Source: Octopus bimaculoides
Lineage: Eukaryota
DNA: 64,000 nt
Assembly (NCBI RefSeq): GCF_001194135.2
Contig: NC_068981.1
Span: 127,530,012-127,594,011 of the forward strand
Reading direction: 5' to 3'
This document shows, piece after piece, positions 1 to 12,039 of the stretch. The notes beneath the pieces are model-generated. The model searched no databases. It had not been told where the DNA came from and was given only the letters and a program-made list of their open reading frames with translations. The stretch's first letter is position 1. Every line of letters starts with the position of its first letter. The translations under genes were made by a program, and so were the position numbers.

Positions 1-758
1 AACTGTTAGTAGAGTTGGGTCTTTAAGTATTGAGTCCAAGTTAAATTAGCACGTGTCACACCAAGCAATTAATTATATCCAGAAATTATAGGTACGAGAA
101 AAAAATGGAGTGAATATTTGCTTGTAAAAACATTGGCTAAATATTTCATCTTTTTATGTCTGCAGAGAACAAATTTGAAAGATGGTTATAGTATTAGTAT
201 GTAGCAAGAATTTTTTGTCCACTTTTCATAGTGATCAATTAACTATAGGTCAAAATTATATTTCTATATCTAATTTATAACTGGCCTCTGAAAGGTATAT
301 TTGATGGGAACTTAATATTGGCTACAAAAATACTGGACTGACCTTTCAGCTTAACACCTTACTTTTAATTAAACTGAGCTATTCCTGAGTTTGTAAAATT
401 ATCAAATTTCTAATTAAGCCAAATAGCTTTACCATCATGATTCAAATTAGTGTATTTCTTTTATGTAGTCCAGTCATGTAGCTGCAGTTATGCTGGAGCA
501 TCACCATGAACATACTTCAATATTTATAAAAAAAAAAACTTTTCAGAATGTGGTCTTACAAAAATTCTGTAATGTTAAACATTTATACAAGAGAGTAATA
601 TTTGTGAACAAGTCAAGTTCTACAGTTTACTGTTACAAAATAGAAAAAAAAAAAAATCCACTCAATTTTAATCTCTTCATAGAACTATCAACATAAAATA
701 TCTCCCTAGCTAAAGAGAAAACAATTCAAAAAGTAAGCACTAAAAGAAGACTATATTA

Positions 759-971
<213 letters not shown>

Positions 972-1214
972 TTACTCTGATAATACTTTTACATGTTTAT
1001 AACACAGATCAAAATTAGTGTTGAGTGCACACATGCATGCATATGGCTTTAAGCAATAAGAGCTGGGTGTCTTAAGACAATGCAAGGATTACACTAAGTC
1101 TTAAATGATGAACTTATGAATTTGATTACAATGTTATTAACACATTTACAATCCAAACTGTGACTTGATTGCTTCAGTTGACAACTACAACTTTCTTTGA
1201 TCATTTAACATCTT

Positions 1215-1448
1215 ATTTCTTTATTGCCCACAAGGGGCTAAACATAGAGGGGACAAACAAGGACAGACAAAGGGATTAAGTCAATTACATCGACCCCAGT
1301 GCGTAACTGGTACTTAATTTATCGACCCCGAAAGGATGAAAGGCAAAGTCGACCTCGGCATAATTTGAACTCAGAACGTAACAGTAGATGAAATACTGCT
1401 AAGCATTTCGCCCGGAGTGCTAACGTTTCTGCCAGCTCGCCACCTTGT
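1215..1448 (-). mobile_element. tRNA-derived SINE (family B), full length, in a Sec61a intron
   Basis: Reverse-complement match to the copy at 62067-62297; flanked by a 14-bp direct repeat TCATTTAACATCTT (1201-1214 and 1449-1462). Confidence 0.85.
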
Positions 1449-1733
1449 TCATTTAACATCTTAACATATCAATATTCTAATTCTATAAAAAAGAAACAAA
1501 TGTACAAAACATCCTTGTTTTATAGAATTTAAAATATTGCCCAACAGAAAATTTAATGAGTATTTAAGACAAAAGATAGACTGGCATATAAAACTACTTT
1601 CTGCAGCTATGGTTAAATATATTTTGAGTGGATATATATCTGATTTCCACAGCAAAAGGGTGCAAAAAGTGAGCAAATGAATAATTGAGAAATTTATGAG
1701 CATTAGCATAAGTTTTTAAAATCTACACAACTA

Positions 1734-1985
<252 letters not shown>

Positions 1986-2150
1986 TCAGGAGAAAATTCA
2001 TTTTCCTAGTCTTTTTCATCTATGTAAATGTTTAGCTGATCACTTTTACAGAAACAGTACAAAGTTCAAAGTTTCATCAGCTTAAGTAATCTGTGAGTAC
2101 CTTGAAACCACAGGGTTGAACTAGAAAATAAAAGATGCCTTTTTACCCCC

Positions 2151-2192
<42 letters not shown>

Positions 2193-2230
2193 AAATAACA
2201 AAAAAGATGGATAAAATTTAGTTTACTTAC

Positions 2231-2340
2231 TTGAATGATAATGAGTAAACAGACACCAGGTCCAATTTCAGCAGGGTCACCATACATGCCAGTCATTACA
2301 TAAACAATAGCTTGACCAATGGTGATTATCATACCAAACA
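2231..2340 (-). CDS. SEC61A: Sec61 alpha, coding exon 5 (110 nt)
   Basis: ttttag|TGTTTG...ATTCAA|gtaagt; (L)[36 protein letters not shown]. Confidence 0.97.
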
Positions 2341-2693
2341 CTAAAATAAAAATAACATTTAATACATTAAAAAAAACCTATCTATGAAAATATGAAATTC
2401 AATGCAAATTGAAGAGAATAAGAAATAAGAATTGTCTATTCACAATTGGCATAGGCAACTCAGTATATTTGGGTTTTAGAATATTCTGTACAAGAGCAAC
2501 TTTAAAAAGACAAAGTAAATCTATTGTTATATATTTTCTTCATCTTAAATTTTTAAGTCCGAATATTCAAAATATATTCTTGTCCTGGCTTTGTACTAGT
2601 CAATACAAAAAAAGATTCAAGCACAGTTATGTAGAATCTTCTGTGTAAACATAAATGTTTAAGACCTGCTAATTTAACTGAAATCTCCCACTT

Positions 2694-2732
<39 letters not shown>

Positions 2733-3854
2733 ACCAAGATACGAGAAGAAACATACTAAACTTTAAAATGGTACAACATCAGTTTTTATTTAGTCCAGGG
2801 ACTAACTTCCAAATCATGTCTCAGCTAACAACCTGGTAGGACTGATAAAAACATAAATTTCCTGCATTGCTAAAGTTGGATACAGTTTGAAAGTTCCAAT
2901 TTTTGTATTCATTTCCTACCAAAATCAACTTCGCTTTTCATTCTTTCTGAGCTGATAAAAAAGAACAAATCCAGGGCAATAAGCCGGCTGAAGTGCTAGA
3001 GCAAGACAAGAAGCCTTGTTATCTACTTCAATCTCTAGTGTTCTAACAATAATGCTTGTAACAATACTTGTGCCAAGCTCATTGGCCCTAATGCAGTGGT
3101 CTTTCTCTTAGACAACAATGGTTGTATAGTAAAGTGAGACTTGCATAAATTGACTAGTGTCAATCTTCCACACACACACACACAAAAGCCCTTGCTTAGT
3201 GTTGTGCATACAGGTGCAAGAATATGATCAACAGTGACCCTATATTATCTAATACAACCAAACTTCAAACCTGGCATTTGTTTTGAACTACTTGATATAC
3301 CCATTCTCTTTTATACTACATGCCATGGTGTCTTTCTTCCCTGAAGGAGCTACACTAAAATGTTTCACAAACTGGCCTTCATTTCAAGAAACATCTTGCT
3401 GAAAGCTGATTTTAATTCCACCAAATTACATTCGATCACTTTTACTTCAAGAAATTTAAATTTAGATATTTGTACTCATTCTGACAAAATGAGGAAACAG
3501 ACTCCAGTAAAGATCATGTGACTACTTAACATGAAGTCATTCACCATCACGTGTACTCTCTCCTCTCTGACTTGACTATTACTATCATCACTCAAGCACT
3601 TCAGACACACGCTTCCTTTTCTTTTTACCCATAAAGTTCACCTTCAACTCCAGGCCCCACACTAACTACTCTTCATCTCAATAAACTCAGCCTTGCACAT
3701 ATTTCTAACTGTTGATTTGAAACTCTTCAATGATTTTACTGAACTTGCAAAGGCCAAGGGCCACAAACCTTTCTTTCCTCTAAGTTAACCCAAAATGAAA
3801 AAAAAACATTAACATTATCACCAATGACTGACAAAGATTTTATAAGATACTTAC

Positions 3855-4065
3855 ATTTTTGAGCACCATTAAACAAGGCTCTGTCTTTGGGGGTATCACC
3901 AACTTCAATGATTTTAGCTCCAGCTAAAAGTTGCATTATGAGGCCAGAAGTCACAATGGGAGAGATACCAAGTTCCATTAATGTTCCTCTGTTGGAAGCA
4001 AGGATCACTCGAATCCAGTAAAATGGATCTGCAGAATCTGAAGACATGATTCCAAAAAGAGGAAT
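3855..4065 (-). CDS. SEC61A: Sec61 alpha, coding exon 4 (211 nt)
   Basis: ccttag|ATTCCT...AAAAT|gtaagt; [70 protein letters not shown]. Confidence 0.97.
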
Positions 4066-5002
4066 CTAAGGAAGTAAGAAGATACAGGCAATTAGAAAAG
4101 TCAGTGCTTTGAATATCCAAGGAAACTGCTTAGCATCCAGACTACTAAATGTAATATGCATTTTTTTTCACGTTTTGAATTTATGTATTTTCTTGTGACT
4201 GAGATTTCAATGATGAGATTGTTTATTTTTAGAATGATATTGTAAGGAATGTGTGAGAAGTTGAATCAAGTTGGTTTGAACATAAAACAATATTTGGTCT
4301 GGATATTGGCCAGTTTAAATGCTAAAAGGCTAAGAGCAATGGGAAAGAAAATAGGTATATAGTCATGTTATGGTCCTTCCTCGAAAGGTTTAGTTGATGA
4401 AATTGGTCCCAACATTTATTTTAAGTTGGTACTTATTCTAACAGGCTCCTTTGCAAAACTGCTAAGTTAGGGGGTGGGTGGAAGACAAACCAACATTGGT
4501 TGTTAAGTGTAGAGAGAGAAGAAACAGTAACTGCTGATATATCTTGTGAACTTCTCAATTTACTGAAAATTTTCTAAACTTGTAATGTATGGTAATAAAT
4601 CCATAAGACAAAATCCAAAGTAGCTGGAAAAGACACTGGGTTTTGTTGTTATTCGATTCTTTAAATGTTGCACAATCAGATTCAACTCCTAACATTTCTT
4701 AACACTGCATTGAAGATGCACCAATCCATCTAAATCTAGAGACTCCTGGCTTCAGGAGCCACTTTATCAGCCAGCACATGATGCTGTTCTCACCTCTCTG
4801 CCACTTCATGGTTATCTGAGGTGATTGACATTAGACCTGCTTCTCTCACATAGAATGTGGATGTCATCTCAATCATTCTAAGCAAAAATCCATACAATTT
4901 GATTAATACTAGCATTGTGTCCAATCTAATTGCATGGTTTTCTTTTTCTGTTTATCAAAGAGAAGGCGTGTTAGTAATACCTTCAATGCGTTGAATTAAT
5001 AA

Positions 5003-5288
5003 TTAGCTGTGGCTGTCTAATAAAAAGTTTGTTTCCTAACCACATGAATCTTGGTTCATGTCCCACAACATGGGAAGCATTGTTTTCATAAGATGGGAAC
5101 TAAAAGCCCATCAACAGTTTGCAAGCGAGTGTCACCATCATGCAAGTGGTGGCCTTCATTTCCAATATTCTGTAAAACGGGTGAGGATTGGCGACAGGAA
5201 GAACATCCGGTCACAGAAAATCCACCTCAACAAATTCGTCGGACTCATGCGAGTACAGAAAAGTGGACGTTAAAAAAAAAAAAAAAAA
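5003..5288 (+). mobile_element. Degenerate SINE with family-A tRNA-like head and RTE-type 3' tail, ending in poly(A)
   Basis: Head (gctgtggctgtctaataaaaagtttgtttcctaaccacatg...ggttcatgtccca) resembles 26146/34700; tail (ggcgacaggaagaacatccgg...ggacgttaaa) resembles the RTE 3' end at 39780-39910. Confidence 0.55.
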
Positions 5289-5949
5289 TCTATTTGCTAA
5301 TCTAGCTGACAAGAAGATTTACACAATATAAGAAACATACTGGGTACACGAGTTAGATGACCAGTATTTATAGCAAAACACGAATGTCTTCAGCAGTTAT
5401 CCAACTATTTTCCTTAGAGAATCAATACAGAATGGAAAAATTACTTAATGCGAAATGGAATGACTAATGAGGCAATGTAAGTACAACAGCTGACTTCACA
5501 GCTCTATATCACTTACTAATATAACTGCCACACGTGTCCTCAACTAAAAAGGAGGCATAGCATGTTTGCGTGTATATAAAGACACACAACTACAAACTAT
5601 TCGTCTGCTCGACCTGGGCAACACCAGAGCCTATTATCAACAGTGGAGGAGTTACTTTAGATACAACAATGTACTTGATTAAAAGTTGTAAGAGCTGATC
5701 TTCAGATATTTAGGTTAATAACCGCATGAACAATTAAATATTAAAAAAAAAAGATTATAAAAACTGTATTAGTTTTTACGGATTTAGTCTGAAATAGTAA
5801 TGATTAAAAAAATTTTTTTTTTTTTAAATGAAGTCATTATTTTCTCGGCATTTGACACCAAAACAAATTCAGTTAATGATTTCTCTGCTGCCCGGCACTC
5901 TGGACAAGTATCTTCTACTATAACCTCCTCGGGCCTTAGAGTGAATATG

Positions 5950-6190
5950 ATTGACGGAAACTGTGTAGAAGCCGGTCGTGTACATACACTATATATATAT
6001 ATGTACACACGTGTGTTTCCCTACACCCACTTGACAATCGGTGATGGCTTTTTTACGTGACTAGTTTCGAGGTTCGGCAAAACGAAATCGATAAGTGCCA
6101 GATTTAAAATAAAGAGACTGAGGTCGGACTAAATCCTTCAAAGAAGTGCCCCCACATGATAGCAGTAAACCGACTGAAACAACTAAAAGA
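5950..6190 (+). mobile_element. SINE family A, 3' half
   Basis: cacttgacaatcggtgatggc...ggttcggcaaaacgaaatcgataag...actgaaacaactaaaaga matches the 3' half of 26146-26505. Confidence 0.65.
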
Positions 6191-6563
6191 ATTCTCACAA
6201 TACCATTTAGATTACGGACTCACAGAATATTGGTTTGAGGTCGGATTATATGTACAGACACAAAACAAAGAAATATGACATGTGACAAATTTTCAAAAAC
6301 ATCACCAATAAAGAACCAAATTTGACACGTCCCAGTCAGACGTGCGAAATTAACTCTAGAAGCTTTTAAATCAACATTTTCTAGTGACCATTAGATATTT
6401 TCATACAAGCGTGAGTGCGATGCAATAAAATATATTGTTAGAATATAAAATACTCTCTTAAAATAGAAGGAATTAGGCCACTTAGACTGATCTCGGCATT
6501 TTATTAGTAATTAACTTCCTTCGAGGAGACAGATAGGAGGAGGGGTCAGAAATCGCAACTTAC

Positions 6564-6629
6564 CTGACAACACACAAGGAAGATGAACAGGGTGATGGCG
6601 GTCCATAACACTTTCTCTCGAAACTGGAT
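6564..6629 (-). CDS. SEC61A: Sec61 alpha, coding exon 3 (66 nt)
   Basis: atctag|ATCCAG...TGTCAG|gtaagt; IQFREKVLWTAITLFIFLVCCQ. Confidence 0.97.
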
Positions 6630-7377
6630 CTAGATAACAAAAAAAACATGCTTCAGTTAAAATAGTTTCCCGTGTGAAGACGTTGAAAAGGAATGGACTA
6701 GAGCAGAGTAGAAGAAATACAAACATTTTGACCAGACTGAAGGTCACTATTAGTGGCGAAGTTGCATACAATAATTTAAACATATAACAGACAATCAATT
6801 CATTTTTGAATAATCAAATGAAATTGAGTAGTGTGAGGCATATTCTGAAATATTAAGAGCCTTATTACGTTTCCGACATTTATTTTATCTTTACAAGGCA
6901 AAAATAGATCCCAAGTTACATTTCAACTAATAACACAAGATCAGTGCATTTAAGTTCATCTATTCTGATCCCTATCGTCTGCATCCATCATAGCAGCGCT
7001 ATAAATAAAACGATTAAAAATGGGTACTATGCGCTTTACATGCTTCTACTAAAAATAAACGACGTAGTAGAATAATTGTTGTAACTGGAAATCGAAACGG
7101 GATCATTGGCATTATTTACCAAGAGTATGTCACATCTCAAAAACTGACAATATGGTCATTTCATTTCGTCGATTTTTCAAGAAGGGGGAGGCTGTTTTGA
7201 AACATTACACACACACACTGATATATATCAGACATCAATCACATTGTCAGCTAAAACCATAGAGGAAAGGAGATATTAACGCAGCATAATGTTAATTTTG
7301 TTGGACCGTATCACTAATGGTTGCAGTCATGTCGTTACAAATATAAGTGGTTATAAGAAACGGGAGGAATTAGCAAT

Positions 7378-7408
<31 letters not shown>

Positions 7409-7514
7409 ATCGAAGTCTAACGGATCACTTTTTTATTTTGGAATACTACTAGCCTGGGTTATAATTATCCCCTCAATTAAGAATAAAGATGTGAGAATAA
7501 AAAAAGTGCCTTAC

Positions 7515-7582
7515 TTTTCGGTCTGGTTTCGAGATTTCAGGTAAAACAGCACAGAAAGGCTTCACAAACTCGAGAAACTTAA
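7515..7582 (-). CDS. SEC61A: Sec61 alpha, coding exon 2 (68 nt)
   Basis: ttgcag|TTAAG...CGAAAA|gtaagg; (I)[22 protein letters not shown]. Confidence 0.96.
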
Positions 7583-8087
7583 CTGCAAATAAAATAGCAA
7601 TGAATTAACTTAGCGTTAATTAAGAAATTAATTTGTAAAATAACGATGACGATGTTTGAGGATATGGACAGATGTTAACATATGTGGCTAAGAGAGTATA
7701 ACGAAGAGATGATAGGTGTGGGCTTGTTATGTTATAGCCATATGTAACGCTACACGACGGCAATCACCAAAAAGCAACTAACATCAGATTTCTACGGTTC
7801 TACAAATATCATTGAGGGTTTCCAGTTTATATATTCATAAATACAATTTACGTATAAATATTAGTAAATATATAGATCTAAATAAGGTTAAGTCGATGCT
7901 TCAGCTGAAATTCAAAATGTTATCCTGGGAAAGGAAAATAAAGAAAGTATGAGAAAAGATGAGCCACGTATGCAAAGGATTCCTGTCCGGTCTTCTGTTT
8001 AATCTAAGATTAATAAGAAATTGAAAACCAATTCGGTTTCAAAAGCTACATGGAGTTATTGAGAATAAATAACAAATGGATACTTAC

Positions 8088-8094
8088 TAGCCAT
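8088..8094 (-). CDS. SEC61A: Sec61 alpha, coding part of exon 1 (ATG GCT A, 7 nt)
   Basis: aaccATGGCTA|gtaagt; splicing to exon 2 gives [12 protein letters not shown], the canonical Sec61a N-terminus. Confidence 0.9.
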
Positions 8095-8149
8095 GGTTTA
8101 ACAAGTGTTCCCGTTAAAAGACCATATGAAATAGTTGGAAATAACCAAA

Positions 8150-8290
8150 CCCTAATAGAACTCAGACGAGAAACTGAATCGTTAAATCCGACCACGGTAT
8201 CAGGAGAGCATGAAAGATCTCACATACGTCATACGCTACCAGCTTCGCAACTGACTTCGCGTTAGCGCAGCCCTGAGATTATTTTTAATG
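8150..8290 (-). promoter_or_regulatory. Probable Sec61a promoter/5'UTR region
   Basis: Locally CpG-enriched, non-repetitive stretch immediately upstream of the ATG in an otherwise CpG-poor background; TSS not determinable from sequence. Confidence 0.4.
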
Positions 8291-9154
8291 CCAAATATTT
8301 TCAAACAATTCTTCAATTTTCGACAGATATTTAAATTGCATAACCATATGAATTGTTATTAATTAAAACAATGTAGTTGTGTTTAAAATATTTATTTTTA
8401 AAATCAACGTCGAGACGAGATTACACAACTGGCCAATGAACGGAGGCAGCGGTGTTGTTTTTATTTATGTACACGTCAACATTTCAAAATACTATGGCTG
8501 GTTCGCTCTTACTTTCTGGCAAGACAATACTTCAGTGCGTCTACCTTTCTCGCCGGTTTTAGAAGTAATTTATTTACAACGAAATATGCAGCATTTTAGA
8601 AAATATTTTAATATTGATTTCCACTTTTTTCAGTTACTCAGCACCAACCTAGTGATGTTTTTTCCCCATAAAGATAATACGCTTCATAACTGACATTTAC
8701 TCCTGTAATTTATTCATACATCGACAGTAGATATTTTAAAATCAGATGTAGTTATGCTATGTCATGTAACATTAAGTAAACGTTTTATTAAACATAAAGT
8801 TTTAATTTCGCCATGGAAAAAAAGTAAGCTAAGGGATTGCACCACAGTTTTTTTTAAAAATCTCTATAGATAGAAAGAGTGGGTTCGACTTTACTAGTTT
8901 CTGCTAGAACTTTTACCAAATAGATCCCTCTTTTTCTACTCAAGGAGAAATTTATTTAAAACTTGTGATGTAATAATTTTGTTTACTTTTTACAACAATG
9001 CCAATATTGTATATTTAATAGGTAGTATTACATTAAACTACATTTAAAATTATCTGGAGGGAGTATTGCAAGTGATTTAATTTGTGCACTTTATCAGCAA
9101 TTGTCCTGTTATGTAAATTTGATTGACTAGTTTTAGTTGAAGCATAGTTTAAAC

Positions 9155-11400
9155 CAGTGATTCCCAATGTGGTCCCCAGAGAATTTGTAGCCATAAAAAA
9201 AAATTGAAGCTATTTCATATCTACACAATATTGTTCGATAATAAAGACACTGTTAATAATTAATCTATATGAAGACAGAATCATCATCATCATCATCATC
9301 GTTTAACGTCCGCTTTCCATGCTAGCATGGGTTGGACGATTTGACTGAGGACTGGTGAAACCGGATGGCAACACCAGGCTCCAATCTAATTTGGCAGAGT
9401 TTCTACAGCTGGATGCCCTTCCTAACGCCAACCACTCAGAGAGTGTAGTGGGTGCTTTTACGTGTCACCCACACGAAAACGGCCACGTTCGAAATGGTGT
9501 CTTTTATGTGCCACCCGCACAAGAGCCAGTCCAGGGGCATTGGCAACGATCTCGCTCGAAAANNNNNNNNNNNNNNNNNNNNNNNNNNNNNNNNNNNNNN
9601 NNNNNNNNNNNNNNNNNNNNNNNNNNNNNNNNNNNNNNNNNNNNNNNNNNNNNNNNNNNNNNNNNNNNNNNNNNNNNNNNNNNNNNNNNNNNNNNNNNNN
9701 NNNNNNNNNNNNNNNNNNNNNNNNNNNNNNNNNNNNNNNNNNNNNNNNNNNNNNNNNNNNNNNNNNNNNNNNNNNNNNNNNNNNNNNNNNNNNNNNNNNN
9801 NNNNNNNNNNNNNNNNNNNNNNNNNNNNNNNNNNNNNNNNNNNNNNNNNNNNNNNNNNNNNNNNNNNNNNNNNNNNNNNATTTATTATTTTTATTTTTTT
9901 AAAGATCAGTTGTAATAATGCTGAACCAACTGCTAAAACGGTAAAACTGGGGAACTACAAAGATTTTATCATGTTTGGTTTTGTATCTGTAGACTCCCTA
10001 TGTGTCTTGAATGTGATGCCATCTTGACAAATTATTCCATGAAGAAAGTTAAGCTGGAACAGCACCAGAAATTAAGGCATCTGTTGGTAAAGGTAGGGAA
10101 TATTTTGAGAATAAAAAGAAAATACAGCCAATCAAACTACCCGACTTTGTAAAGAAGATAAATACTGAAAAAGCAAAGACACTCAAACCAAGTTATTTGG
10201 TCTCTGAAATTATTGCCAAGGTTGCAGAACCTCAAATTTATGGTGAGAAACTTGTCAAGACTGTTATGATAGCTTGTGTAAATGAGGTTCTGGGAAAAGC
10301 TGCTGCATCTAATCAAATAAGACAATTACAAGAAGACAGGATGAAATGTCTAATTTTGTTAAGGAGAAGATTGTGGAAATTCTCCAAAAGACAAATTTTT
10401 CTATCCAGGTGGATGATAGCACAATTCATAACCAAGCTATCCTTCTGGTCTATGTCAGATTCATCCATGAAGATGATATAAAGGAAGAAATGTTATTCGT
10501 TAAAAGTTTGTCTGAAACTACTAATGGAGAAGATATATTCAATGAAGTAATGCAGTATTTTAATGATAAAAATATTCCATTGACTAATTTGATCAACATC
10601 GCATCAGATGGAGGTGCAGCCATGACTGGAAAAGTGAAAGGCTTTGTTTCTAGAATGAAATCAGTTGCTCATCATATTTTTTTATATACATTGCATTATC
10701 CACAGACAGCATTTGGTTGCTAAGAATATTGGAGGACACATGGAAGAAGCACTCAACACTGCCATACATGCAATTAACTTTGTCAAATCAAACTCAGTGA
10801 ATAATAGATTTTTTATGCAATTCTGTGAAGATGAGGATTTTAAAACCCTATTGCTTCACACTGAAGATGGTTGTCAAGAAGCCTCTAGAAAGACTAGTGA
10901 ATTTATGGGAACCATTAATCAACTTCCTCATGTTCAAGAGGCAAGCTGATACAACTAAGAACATTTTGGAAAGACTTTCTGAGTTTAAAGCAAAAATATT
11001 CTACTTGAGTGATATTTTAAAAACAGTGGATCTACTTAACTTAGAGCTGCATGATAGAAAATCAGATTTGGTCACCTGTTCTCAGAAGATAAAAGGGTAT
11101 ATGGGGAAATTAAAAATTTTGGAAAAAACAGTCTGAAAAAAAAAATTTGGCATCATTTCAAAATTTTAACACCACTGTTCCTACATCAGAAAACATTGCT
11201 GCATGCATTGCCCATCTTGAAGGTCTTCACGGAGACTTTGAGAGAAGATACAATGATTTATTAAAGATGGATTATCCAATCTGGTTTGTAGACCTAGAAA
11301 ATTATGAGCCAGGAGATGAAAATTTTGAGTTGGCTGAAATGTTGTTGGATTTGAAAGAGAAGGCACACTTTCCTCTCTCAAAACAGAAAAAAAATGTTTA
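9155..11400 (+). pseudogene. hAT (Buster/Charlie, ZBED5/SCAND3-like) DNA transposon fossil with frameshifted transposase
   Basis: Left end CAGTGATTCCCAA at 9155. ORF pieces FSIQVDDSTIHNQAILLVYVRF (first catalytic D), IASDGGAAMTG (second D) and IHCIIHRQHL (CxxH) are broken by frameshifts and stops. No right TIR found. Confidence 0.85.
9283..9562 (-). mobile_element. RTE-type LINE 3' end with (CAT)n tail, nested in the hAT element; runs into an assembly gap
   Basis: catcatcatcgtttaacgtccgctttccatgctagcatgggttggacg...; near-identical to 31066-31420, which is joined to RTE coding sequence. Confidence 0.85.
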
Positions 11401-11549
11401 AGAAAAATCAACCAGCACGTTTATAATAAAAGGTTAAGATAAAGATACCAATGAGATTTTCAGCACCCTCCCACATAAGCTAGGGATAAATAATCTGACT
11501 AAATAATTCCCCACCACATACACACACACACACACTATAGGACTATAGG

Positions 11550-11910
11550 CACAATGCCTGAAATTTTGGGGAGGGGGCTTGTGATTACATCAATCCCAGT
11601 GCTACACTGGTCTTTATTTTATCAACCCCGAGAGGATGAAAGGTTTTTGTGGGGACCTTGCCAAGTTGACCTCGACAGAATTTGCACTCAGAATGTAGAG
11701 ACGGACGAAATATCGCTAAGCATTTTGTCCGGCCCGCTAACACTTTTGCTACCTCGCTGCCATAATAATAATAATTATCATTTCATATTTTTGCCATAAG
11801 GACAGCTTGGGGGAGGTGGGGATGTGTCGATTACATCGACCCCAGTGTTCAACTGGTACTTATTTTATCGACATTGAAAGGATGAAAGGGCAAAGTCGAC
11901 CTCGGTGAAA
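11550..11910 (-). mobile_element. Two adjacent partial family-B SINE copies
   Basis: Both contain gattacatc(g/a)a(c/t)cccagt...atcgac..gaaaggatgaaagg.caaagtcgacctcg, as in 1215-1448. Confidence 0.7.
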
Positions 11911-12039
11911 TAATAATAATGATAATAATGGTTTCAAATTTTACCACAAAGGCAGAAATTTTGGGGCAGTTGATGGCAAAACTTCCATCCCTCACCCAAA
12001 CCAACCTTTTTAACGTGTAAAAAGAACAATAATAACAAA

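Noticed and set aside
2153-2729. Two long poly(A) tracts (poly-U in the Sec61a pre-mRNA)
   Set aside because: No attached retroposed body or TSD; ordinary homopolymer expansions.
8494-8562. Plus-strand ATG ORF MAGSLLLSGKTILQCVYLSRRF*, resembling a transit peptide and divergent from Sec61a
   Set aside because: It stops after 22 codons, before the nearby GT donor, and no downstream exons were found.
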